Positions 50,333 through 60,100 of a DNA stretch of 64,000 bases are shown piece after piece. The notes under the pieces are model-generated. The model made no database searches. It saw nothing but the letters and a program-made list of their open reading frames with translations, and was not told the origin of the DNA. Within the stretch, counting starts at the first letter, position 1; every line of letters begins with the position of its first letter. The DNA comes from Phycisphaeraceae bacterium (lineage in GTDB: Bacteria > Planctomycetota > Phycisphaerae > Phycisphaerales > Phycisphaeraceae): positions 224,001 through 288,000 of the forward strand of contig OY771506.1 of NCBI GenBank assembly GCA_963674705.1. The letters are read 5' to 3'. The translations under genes and the position numbers were made by a program.

Positions 50333-50571
50333 TGCTAGGACTCCTTGGACAGGCTTGCCAAATCGAGCCTATCCGCCATGTTTAAAAAAAGAATCTGGGA
50401 AAAACACACCCAACGGGGCCTGCCGGGCCTCCGCCGGACAACGATTCGGTCGGCATCCTGCCGACCCTAAGTGCTTGCCTATACCGTGTTTGCTTGCCGC
50501 CCCTGCCACCCGGTCCCCTCGATCAAACCGGCGCAAACAACGAGCCCCCTAGAATCAATCCAAGGGGAGTT

Positions 50572-50599
50572 ATTGTATCAGCATCGGTTGGACCTGCAA
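50572..50599 (-). promoter_or_regulatory. Putative rpsB-tsf promoter
   Basis: TTGCAG-16 nt-TACAAT with an extended TG (TGATACAAT); implies a leader of about 230 nt. Confidence 0.4.
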
Positions 50600-50851
50600 C
50601 TGAAGGCCCAAACACCCCTATTGCCCCCCAAAAACCTGCAAATGATGATCTAATTACCACTTGTAGGTCAGAACCACCCCCTCTATGGCGGGTCCATACC
50701 CGCAGCAGTCTGCCTCGCCCAGCACACATTCGATGGGATGGCAGTCCTTTCAGACCCTAAGCACCCACAGGCAGGTAATCGACATCGATATGAATTACAC
50801 CCCGGCATTTGTCAGGCCTTTTTAAATACACGCAATGTCAGCCCCGCTGGT

Positions 50852-52309
50852 TCATTGCTCGGACTTGAAGCTCGCACCGTTGTCAGGCGGCATGGATTGA
50901 TGCCACGTCAGTAACATCCGCGTCAGCCGTTTTGTGATCTCGGGCTGCTCATCAGCAAGATTGCGTGTTTCCTCACGGTCAGCTTCCAGGTCGTACAACT
51001 CTGGTAGCGATCCGTCGTATTCACAAAGCAGTTTCCATCGGTCGTCACGAACAGCCAAATCAGGCAGATCGCCTTCTCTGCGAGCACTGGGTCGATCCGG
51101 TGGGCGTGTGAAAAAGAGGGGCCCTTCACGCGATGCGCCAGACCTGCCCAGCAAGACATCCGGTAACGCTTCGCCGTCGAACCGAACCCCCGCAGGAAAC
51201 TCAACACCAGCGACTTCAAGCAGGGTCGGCACAAGGTCCATCGCTGCAAAAAACGACTGTTCGTTGACCGTCCCCTCTTGGCCCTCCTGGATAAAGCCTG
51301 GCCCCCAGACGACCAACGGCGAACGGATGCCCCCCTCATACAGCATCGTCTTGTTGCCACGGAACGGGCCGGCAGAACCCGCACCCCCTTCCGGGCCGTT
51401 ATCCGAACAGATCACGATCAGCGTGTTGTCTCGCAGTGACGCATCGTCCGTGATCCTCTTGAACAACACCTGCAACTGCTGATCCATGGTTTGAAGCACA
51501 CCGAGGTATCGCTGCTGTTTCGAGCCGTCACCACGCTGCGCTTTGGGCGGGAAGAAAGGCGAATGCACATCGTCCGGCCAGACGTTGATGTAAAAAGGCT
51601 TCCGGTCGGCGACCGCTTTATCAATGAAAGCAACCGCCGCTTCGACGAATGCAGCGGTCACCTTGTCACGCTGCTCCCAGTGGATCGGGCCTTGACCGAG
51701 CTGATCCGAACCCAGCGCATGCGGTTTGGCGGGTTTGCCGTCATACGCATCGAGCAAGGGCAGCACGCGCGGCCCAAGCCCCTCGAAGTTGGTCAACGAC
51801 TCATCAAAACCATACCGCCCAATCAATGGTGCTTCGCCCACATCTCGCTGCCCACCCATATGCCATTTGCCGAAGTGCCCGGTGGCGTAACCTGCATCGT
51901 GAAGCATGCGCGCGAGCATCGGTGCATCTGGATTCAGCCACTGTGCGATCCCTCGCCGATCGTTGAGTTCCCGTTCGGCCAGGTATGAGGTAATCCGCCA
52001 ACGGTTCGGATACTGCCCGGTGGAAATCGCAACACGTGAAGGCGAGCAGATAGGCGCGTTGACATAAAATTGTTCAAATCGCAATCCTTCAGCAGCCAAC
52101 CGGTCAATATTTGGCGTCTCTGCCTTACGGTTCCCGAAGCAGGAAAAGTCACCCCACCCCATGTCGTCGACAAAGACAAGAACAATGTTCGGTCTCACCC
52201 GTGTGAGCTCCGCCGATACAACTCGGCAAGGCACAAGCATGACACCCACAGACAGGGTCACAAACCAAAACAAACGAGTGATGGATTCCTGCATGGCGGT
52301 CGGTTTCAT
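50852..52309 (-). CDS. Formylglycine-dependent (S1) sulfatase, secreted
   Basis: RPNIVLVFVDDMG, TPNIDRLA, CSPSR (CxPxR), GKWHMG, SDNG, LYEGGIRSP, ELYDLEAD; signal-like N-terminus. Confidence 0.93.
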   Translation of the reverse strand: MKPTAMQESITRLFWFVTLSVGVMLVPCRVVSAELTRVRPNIVLVFVDDMGWGDFSCFGNRKAETPNIDRLAAEGLRFEQFYVNAPICSPSRVAISTGQYPNRWRITSYLAERELNDRRGIAQWLNPDAPMLARMLHDAGYATGHFGKWHMGGQRDVGEAPLIGRYGFDESLTNFEGLGPRVLPLLDAYDGKPAKPHALGSDQLGQGPIHWEQRDKVTAAFVEAAVAFIDKAVADRKPFYINVWPDDVHSPFFPPKAQRGDGSKQQRYLGVLQTMDQQLQVLFKRITDDASLRDNTLIVICSDNGPEGGAGSAGPFRGNKTMLYEGGIRSPLVVWGPGFIQEGQEGTVNEQSFFAAMDLVPTLLEVAGVEFPAGVRFDGEALPDVLLGRSGASREGPLFFTRPPDRPSARREGDLPDLAVRDDRWKLLCEYDGSLPELYDLEADREETRNLADEQPEITKRLTRMLLTWHQSMPPDNGASFKSEQ

Positions 52310-52465
52310 GATGATGCTTCGATTGTGATGTGGCCTGTCGGATCAGTGTCACAGGGTACGTAAGCACAATTGTACCCATACTTGATGGCACTTAAATCAC
52401 ACGCAATCCAACTCACTGCGGCGGATAGGCTATTTGATGTCAGATGACTGAATACCGCGACTTAT

Positions 52466-53833
52466 TCAAGACTGATGTGCGCCCGCGTGGGCGTCGGGCT
52501 TGTCTGCTGTCTCGTCCGTGGCGGAAGACATCGGCTTGGCGGTATCGTCCTCGCCGTTGATCGCTTCGGGCAAGACCTTCTCTTCTCGCTTGGGCCCGTC
52601 GGCGGGGTGCAGGATCGCGTATTGCCGGCCGTACTTGTACGCCGTCACCACGATGAAGCCGTACAGCACGAAGAACACCGCCAGCACGTAACGCCAGCGA
52701 AGCTCCAGCGACACCATCGTATAACCGAGTGCCGAGAACATCGCTGCAAACAGGTAGATCACGCCGACGGACTTCTTCACGCTCAGGCCGCTGCGGCGTA
52801 GCAGGTGGTGGATGTGCTGGCTGTCCGGACTGAAGATCGGCTTACCCTGCATCTTGCGTCGGAAGATCGCCAGGGATGTATCCGTGATTGGCACGGCAAA
52901 CACGATCAGGCCCGCGGTCACCAGCAGCAGGCTGCGGCCTTCGGAGTCCGCAAAGAGCAGAATGGAAGACATGCACAGGTAGCCAAGCAACAGCGAACCG
53001 GTATCCCCCATGAAGATACTCGCCGGGTTGAAGTTGTAAGGCAGGAACCCCAGCACCGCGCCGATCATCGCAAGGCAGACCGCGATACGCACGGGGTCTT
53101 TCATCATGTTCGGATCGCGCATCGCCACGACCGCCGCGATACACAGGAAACCGATACCCGCGATCACCGCCACGCCCGACGCCAGGCCGTCCAGCCCGTC
53201 GATCAGGTTCATCGAGTTACACCCGCCGATGACCAGCGCTGCCACCAGGACCGTGCCGACGATGTAGCTGATCGTAGGCAGCGCATCCCACGCGCCGATG
53301 TGCAGCGCATCGAGACCGAGGATCGAGAAGACCAGTCCGATCAGTTGCGTGCCGACGCTGTAGTGCGCAAGTGCCGCGGCCGCGAAAAGCTGGCCGCCGA
53401 TCTTCACGCGCGGGCTGATGCCGTAAACATCATCGAAAAACCCCGTCAGCGTGATCGCGCCCGCGCCCAGCATGATCATGATTAAAGGATTGCCCCAGGT
53501 CAGTTTCAATCCGCGGTGATCCGGCACGAGGTAATACGCGAGCGCGATCGCGATCACCCAGCCCAGAAATATGGCCACACCTCCCAGGTAAGCGACCGGC
53601 TCGATGTGGTTCTTGCGCTTCAGGTCCGGCAGGTCCACGATCCCGTTACGCACCGCGAGCATACGCATCAAGGGTGTCGCCAGGATCGCGACAATAAACG
53701 CCGCGAAAAAGATGCCCATGTAAGGCGCGATCACCTGCGTCAGTGACGTCACCTCGACTGCTTCTGCATTATCCAGGATTGTTTCCGCAGCCCTACTCGT
53801 CGTCTGGGCCGCCTGCGCTATCAATGTCATCAT
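52466..53833 (-). CDS. WecA/TagO (MraY-family) undecaprenyl-phosphate HexNAc-1-phosphate transferase
   Basis: GFFDD, NSMNLIDGLDGLA, YNFNPASIFMGDTGS, DSQHIHH. Confidence 0.92.
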   Translation of the reverse strand: MMTLIAQAAQTTSRAAETILDNAEAVEVTSLTQVIAPYMGIFFAAFIVAILATPLMRMLAVRNGIVDLPDLKRKNHIEPVAYLGGVAIFLGWVIAIALAYYLVPDHRGLKLTWGNPLIMIMLGAGAITLTGFFDDVYGISPRVKIGGQLFAAAALAHYSVGTQLIGLVFSILGLDALHIGAWDALPTISYIVGTVLVAALVIGGCNSMNLIDGLDGLASGVAVIAGIGFLCIAAVVAMRDPNMMKDPVRIAVCLAMIGAVLGFLPYNFNPASIFMGDTGSLLLGYLCMSSILLFADSEGRSLLLVTAGLIVFAVPITDTSLAIFRRKMQGKPIFSPDSQHIHHLLRRSGLSVKKSVGVIYLFAAMFSALGYTMVSLELRWRYVLAVFFVLYGFIVVTAYKYGRQYAILHPADGPKREEKVLPEAINGEDDTAKPMSSATDETADKPDAHAGAHQS

Positions 53834-54879
53834 TTGCCACTCCCCCCCGCGATCGCAGACACAGCTTCAGTCTGCTTCCGACACAAGCCGATCAATTCCG
53901 TCAATGTCTGGTCCAGCGTGTACTGCGGCTTGAAACCGATCGCTTCGCGGATGCGTGACACATCGGGCAGCCGGTGCGCCGGGTCCTCGAAGTCCGGACC
54001 ATAAACCTTCTCATAAGGAACCAACTGCTTTTTCGCCTTACTGCCGGCCAGTTCGATCACACGGTCGGCAAGCTCGTTGATCGTCACGCACTTGTCCGAA
54101 CCGAGATTGAACACCCGGCCGAAACACGTGTCCTTGGCCATCAATTCCGTCATCGCCCGCGTGACATCGCGCGCATCGCAGAACGCGCGCGTCTGTGTCC
54201 CGTCGCCGTAAACTTGAATGGTTTGTCCTGCCACAGCCTTCTCCACGAAGCGTGGCACTACCATACCATAGTGTCCGACCTGTCTCGGGCCGATCGTGTT
54301 AAAAAGCCGTGTGATCACGACGCGCAGGCCGTGACGACGGTGCATGTCGATCGCCAGGTGTTCGTCGATCGCCTTGGTCAGGCCGTACGCCCAGCGTGAA
54401 GCCGTGGTCGGGCCGTAGACCAGTTCCATGTCTTCACGTAATGGCAGCACGGGGCACTTGCCGTAGACCTCGCTGGAGGATGCGATCAACACCGAAGCGT
54501 CGAACTTGCGTGCCGCGTCGAGTACGGCGGCGGTCTGCTCGACGTTGTTGTGCACCATCGCCGCGGGGTCTTCGATCACGCGCTGCACACCGACCGCGGC
54601 GGCCAGGTGATAGACTGAATCCACACCTTCCCACAAAGCATCGTCGGCGACCGCCTTGCAGGCATCCGCTTCGATGAACCGGCAACGCTCATCCAACAAA
54701 CATTCGATGTTGGATCGACGCCCGGTAGATAGATTATCGATAAGGATCAGCTCAAAGCCGGACGCCTTGAGCCGGGCCGCGAGGTGCGAGCCGATGAAGC
54801 CCGCACCACCGGTAATAATCACCTTACCCACCACGGGTTTTCCAGTCTGTAAAAAAGTCGGCCTCCTGGCCTCAAACAC
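53830..54879 (-). CDS. NAD-dependent nucleotide-sugar epimerase/dehydratase (extended SDR)
   Basis: ITGGAGFIG, YHLAAAVG, ASSSEVYG, YGLTK (YxxxK), RLFNTIGPRQ. The true start may be a GTG near 54831-54834. Confidence 0.92.
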   Translation of the reverse strand: MFEARRPTFLQTGKPVVGKVIITGGAGFIGSHLAARLKASGFELILIDNLSTGRRSNIECLLDERCRFIEADACKAVADDALWEGVDSVYHLAAAVGVQRVIEDPAAMVHNNVEQTAAVLDAARKFDASVLIASSSEVYGKCPVLPLREDMELVYGPTTASRWAYGLTKAIDEHLAIDMHRRHGLRVVITRLFNTIGPRQVGHYGMVVPRFVEKAVAGQTIQVYGDGTQTRAFCDARDVTRAMTELMAKDTCFGRVFNLGSDKCVTINELADRVIELAGSKAKKQLVPYEKVYGPDFEDPAHRLPDVSRIREAIGFKPQYTLDQTLTELIGLCRKQTEAVSAIAGGSGK

Positions 54880-54890
54880 ATTCGGAGGGT

Positions 54891-57143
54891 TTACTTGATC
54901 TCGGCGGCATCTTCGACATCAACCGAGGCACGCCGGCCGCGGCCGTTGCTCTGGCCGTTGCCGTTCTCTCGGTAACGGTAGAAGTTGCGGAAGTTGGAGC
55001 GGAAGTAGCCGCCCACGCTGGACTGCACGCCGTTGAGCACCAGGCCCAACAGGTCGGCACGCTGGCCGTCGAACTGACCCGCCATGCGGTCGACCATGCC
55101 GCGCTTGTCCGTGCCGGCTCGCACCACCACCGCGACCGCGTCCACGTTCCTGGTCAGCACCTGGCATTCACTGCTCAACAGTGCCGGCGGCGCATCGATC
55201 AAGATAATATCGAACCGCGATTCCAACTCGCCGATCAGCGATCGGAAACGCGCACCTTCCAGCAATTCAGGCTGTGCATCGCCGGCGCGACCGGTCGGCA
55301 ACACCGCCAGGTCCGGGTCCTGAACCGTGATAAGCATGTCGTCCAGCGACGCGCCGTACAGCAGGATATCCACCAGGCCGCGGTCATTGCTGGCATCGAC
55401 AAACTGATGCTGCGCCGGACGGCGGAAGTTGACGTCCACGATCGCGACCTTCCGGCCGTTGAACGCCAGGCTCGTTGCCAGGTTGTGTGTCAACGAGCTG
55501 GTGCCCGAGTTAGGCTGCGCCGAAGCAACCAGCAGCGTCTTGTATCCACGACGATCCATCTTCCCGAGGATGGAAGTACGCACCTGGCGGTACGCCTCGG
55601 CGAGCAGACCCGACGGGTACTTCTCGACCACTCGTTCCACCGAGCTGGGACCGGATGGGTCCTCGTCCGCATGCGGAATGATACCCAGCAGTTCCGCTTC
55701 CTTGAGCAGCTTCACGTCTGCCGGGCTCTTGATGCTCTGATCCAGCAGTTCGAGCAGCAACACCAGAGCAGCGGTCCCGCCTACCAGGACAACCAGCACC
55801 ATGGGCACAATAATGATGAATTCAGGGAAGACCAGTTCGGGCAGCGACGGATTGGCCTGCAACTGCACGGGACGCGCTTCGGGGATCTTCTTGATCATAC
55901 GGACTTCGGAAAGGTCCGCCTCGATACGCTGCTTGTCTTCCTTGGCATCCTCGAGACGGGCCTGAAGGTTCTTGAAACCCGTCTGGTGGATGTTCAGATC
56001 GATCAGGCGATCACGCAATTCCAGGATCTGGTCGTTGTACTCGGCGATCTTCTCGGTCATCGTGTCGGTCGCCTGCTTGTATGAGCTGAGCATAGCCTGT
56101 TCGTTCTCACGGATCACCCGCTCCAGCTCACGTTCACGTTCCGCTTCGGTGGCCGCGATCTGCCGGTCGATCTGCTTGATGATCCGGTGTTCCGGGCCGT
56201 ATTCGTAAAGAGAAACCTCACGCTGCTCACGCAACGAACGCAGCCGTTCATCACGCAGCTTGATCGCATCGTTCTGAGAAGCCTGTGCGATGGCGGTGGC
56301 GTCCGGCGGTGCGCCGCTGCTCTGCTTCTCCAGCGTAGAATCATAGAACGATTGCGCATCCTTCAGTGAGTCTTCCAATTCGTTGCGCTTCTCGATGCTG
56401 TACTGCATGTTCTGCGCAGCTTCTTCCAACCGATTGTCGAGGTTGGTCAGGTCGTGTTCACGCGTGTATTCTTCGATCTGATTCGTCAGGCTTAAAATGG
56501 TCTGGTCGTAGCTGTTCAGTTCCGTAACCAGCGTGTTCAACTGGTTGTTGACCTTGTTCTCCGTGTCCAGCATGATCCGCCGCAGGTACTCATCAACGAT
56601 GGCCTTGGCGATCTTCTGGCAGTCTTTTTCATAGGACGTGACCACCGTCACGTTGATCAGTTGGGTGTTGCGGATCATGCTGACCGCCAGGTGGTCGTCC
56701 AGCAGGTCCTCGCGAGCCTTGTTGACGTCATACGTGCCGGGGTTGTCCTTGTTTTCATATTGAGCGAACCACCGGGTGTTGCGCACATCCGGTTTTGCCA
56801 GCGCCGTTGTCAGGATTTCTTCCGACTGGATCTTGTAGACTTCACTTTGAATATAGGGTTCCAGCGTGGCGAGGTTCAGCGTGCCGATGTCCGAGGTCAT
56901 CTCGGCGGGGTTTACCACCCCTTGGCCGACGCGCAGCTGCGCGCTGGAGGCGTATTTGGGCGCGGTCTTCAAGAGCAGGAACCACAGCCCCACCCCCAGC
57001 ACGACGGCGACGATACCAACAATGGTAAGCAGCCTCAGGTTCCGACGCAGCAGAGCCAGCAGGTCGATCGGCTTGAAGCGACTCGATCCCGGGCTCGGTG
57101 CGCCGGGAAAAGCAGGCATTGGGATGGGGGGATTGGTACTCAT
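54891..57143 (-). CDS. Wzc/GumC-type polysaccharide co-polymerase with a BY-kinase-like domain (degenerate Walker A)
   Basis: TM-coiled coil-TM, YGPEH, LLGIIP, AEAYRQVRT, ILIDAPP, LGLVLN, short Tyr tail. Confidence 0.9.
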   Translation of the reverse strand: MSTNPPIPMPAFPGAPSPGSSRFKPIDLLALLRRNLRLLTIVGIVAVVLGVGLWFLLLKTAPKYASSAQLRVGQGVVNPAEMTSDIGTLNLATLEPYIQSEVYKIQSEEILTTALAKPDVRNTRWFAQYENKDNPGTYDVNKAREDLLDDHLAVSMIRNTQLINVTVVTSYEKDCQKIAKAIVDEYLRRIMLDTENKVNNQLNTLVTELNSYDQTILSLTNQIEEYTREHDLTNLDNRLEEAAQNMQYSIEKRNELEDSLKDAQSFYDSTLEKQSSGAPPDATAIAQASQNDAIKLRDERLRSLREQREVSLYEYGPEHRIIKQIDRQIAATEAERERELERVIRENEQAMLSSYKQATDTMTEKIAEYNDQILELRDRLIDLNIHQTGFKNLQARLEDAKEDKQRIEADLSEVRMIKKIPEARPVQLQANPSLPELVFPEFIIIVPMVLVVLVGGTAALVLLLELLDQSIKSPADVKLLKEAELLGIIPHADEDPSGPSSVERVVEKYPSGLLAEAYRQVRTSILGKMDRRGYKTLLVASAQPNSGTSSLTHNLATSLAFNGRKVAIVDVNFRRPAQHQFVDASNDRGLVDILLYGASLDDMLITVQDPDLAVLPTGRAGDAQPELLEGARFRSLIGELESRFDIILIDAPPALLSSECQVLTRNVDAVAVVVRAGTDKRGMVDRMAGQFDGQRADLLGLVLNGVQSSVGGYFRSNFRNFYRYRENGNGQSNGRGRRASVDVEDAAEIK

Positions 57144-57146
57144 GGC

Positions 57147-60100
57147 TTACGACGCCTCCGTCAAATCTTCGACACGCTTGAGCTGCTCCTGAGCTTCTTT
57201 AAGCATGTCCGGTTCATTAGTCTGCTCGGCGAGATCTACCGCCGTTCGTAGGTGCCGAATACCTTCGGCCCGGTAACCTTGTTCGATCAGCAACTCACCG
57301 AGATGCAGGTGATTAGCCGGCAAACTCTCCTCGGCGATGCTGGCTTCCAGTGTGCGACGCGCCTCTTCAAGCTGCCCGGACTTGAACTGGATCCATCCCA
57401 ACGTGTCCAATACCTGGGCGCTCTTCGGCTGCAACTCAGCCGCACGCTCGGCCAACGGCAAGGCCTCTTCAACCTTACCCATATCATCGGCCAGCAGATA
57501 CGCCATGTTGTTTAGCACCGTCGCGTTATCCGGCATCTGTTCCGCCAGACGCCGATAATGCGCCATCGCTTCTTCACTCTTACCCATCTTGTGCAGCACC
57601 GGCGCCATGATCTGCTCGTAAGACATGCGCTCCGCGGTGTCTTCGGCCGATAACGTCGGCTCCAACGCCAGCAGACGGTTGTACGCCTGGTCAATCAAAC
57701 CATCGTTGAATTCCATGTTCGCCAGCGACAAACCGATCCAAAGCTCGGATGGCGGATTCGCCAGGCCCTGCAGCAACGACGCCGTTTCCTCCAGCGTGTA
57801 ATCTTCTCGCACCTGCATCGCAACGCCCATCAACTGGCCCAGCGACTGGCAACGTTCGATCGCCCGGGCAAACACCTGCCCCGCCTCCGCTTGCTTGTCC
57901 ATGGCATACAGCGCCCGGCCCATCACCGCCTGCAACAGCGGCTGCGCATTCACCATGTCCGCGTTCTCTCGCAGCATCGCTTGTGCGTCCGCCGCCCGAC
58001 CGTTTTCGATCTGCATCGTTGTGATTTTCAACAGGCTGCCCGGCTTCGGGTCAAGCTCAAACACGCGCTTGTATGAATCGATCGCCGTCTGGTAATCATC
58101 TTCACGCAACGCCAGGTCACCCATCGCCGCATACCAGATGGGCTGGTCTTCCGCCTCTTCGATGCCCTGACGTGCCAGTGTCTTGGCGCGGGTCAGGTTA
58201 CCCATCTGGGCGTACATACGGATCAACGTCAGACGTGCGTCCGTGTTTTCGGGATACCGGGTAACCAGGTTGGTTAACTCACGGATCGCCTCGTTACGCT
58301 CACCGCGACGCAGGTACATGCCCACGAGTAGCCGCCGCGACAGCAGGTGGTTCGGGTCGTAGCTGAGCGCGGTGTTCAGATCACGCATCACCTCGTCGGT
58401 CAGGTCCGGGTCGTGCGAGTTCAGCGCGGCTCGTTCGTAATGGAACACCGCAGACCCCGGCTCGTTCTCGATCGCACGATTGATCAGGCGGATCGCGTCG
58501 TCGTGATCGCCCTTCTGCTCCGCGATGAGCGCCGCCAGGGCGTCCTCGGTCGCGCCGCCTTCCAACCCGTCAAGGACCTTGGCCGCTTCATCAAACTGCT
58601 CGGTGCGGATCAACGAATCCGCCAGACGCAGACCCAGCCGGATGTCATCCGGGAACTGTTCGTACAGGTCGCGATAAAGCGGCGCCGCTCGGTCATAAAT
58701 GTTGCGCTGGAAGAACAACGCCGCCAACTCACGTGACGCCGACCGCTGCTCATCCTCAACCGCAATCGCCTGCTTATACGCATTGAACGCACCGCTGCCG
58801 TCCTTGATCTGAATCAGGAAACGCGCCAACAGCAGGTAGTCGTTCATGCCGGCATCACTGCCCCGCGATTCAATGTAGGTACGGATCGTCTGGGCGCCCT
58901 GTTGCGGGTTACCCGCGTAACGCTGAATGGTTGCCAGCGCAATGGTATTCAGCGGCGTCTGACCTTCCGATGTGATCAAATCACGGATGATCTGCTCGCC
59001 TTCCGAGCTCTTACCCGTTTCCGCCAACAGCATCGCAAGCGATCGCATGTTGTTCGTGTCCGCCGGATTGATCTGCTGCAGTTCCCGACGCAGACGCAAG
59101 GCCTTCTGCTTGTCGCCGTAACGGCCCTCGTACCCCAGATAAAGCTCACGCAACTGGCTGTTGCTCGGGTACTGTGCCTGGGCCCGACGCAGCATCTCCA
59201 ACGCCTCGTCGTTACGCCCCTGCCGGTCACGGATCGACGCCAACCCACGGATCGCACCCAGGTTGTCCGGCTTCTGCTTCAAGGCCGTCTCATACGCCGT
59301 CACCGCGTCGCGGTCGTTCTTATCCGCAACATGAATATCGCCAAGCATCCGCCAGCCTTCGGAATTGATCGGGACTATGTCCAGACCAATCTTCAAATAC
59401 TCGATCGCACCCGAAAAGTCGCCACGGGCACGACTGACCTGCGCCTGGTAGAACGAGCCGTTCGCCTCGTCCAGGTTGCGCTGCACCGCGATGTCCGCAA
59501 GCTCCTGCGCCAAGGTCAGGTCGTTGTCCTGAAGCGCGTAGTTGAACTTCATATCAATCACGGCCTTGTCTTCCGGATTGATCTTCTCCGCCTCGGCAAG
59601 CGCCGCGCGGGCTTTGTCATGTTCACCGGCCTGGCGATACAACTGCGCCTTGCTGATCGCCTTCTTGAACGGGCCGTCCAACTTGTCGATGATACTCGCG
59701 ATCGTGTCGTCCAGGTTGGCGCCGGGCGTCGTCGGATCGATCTGTGCCGACATCAAGCTAAGCATGTCTTCATCGGCGCCGGCCTGACGAGCCTGCTCGA
59801 TCAGGGCCATCTGCTTATCGACACCATCAACCGCGTTCAACAATAGACCCAGCAGGTTCAGGTTCGTCGGGTCCGCATCGAAGTAATACTGGAGCATCTT
59901 CGCGGCCTGATCCTTGCGGTTACCCTTGATCAGGATCTGCGCAAGGCCCACCGCCAGGTCCGGCCGGTTCGGCAAATCAAGGTCGCGGTAAATAGCGACC
60001 GCACCGTCCACGTCACCTCGCGCCGCCAGGATCGCGGCCTGTGTCACCAGCGCGCGCTCGTTGTTCGGATCATCCAACAGGATCACGTCGATCTGATCCT

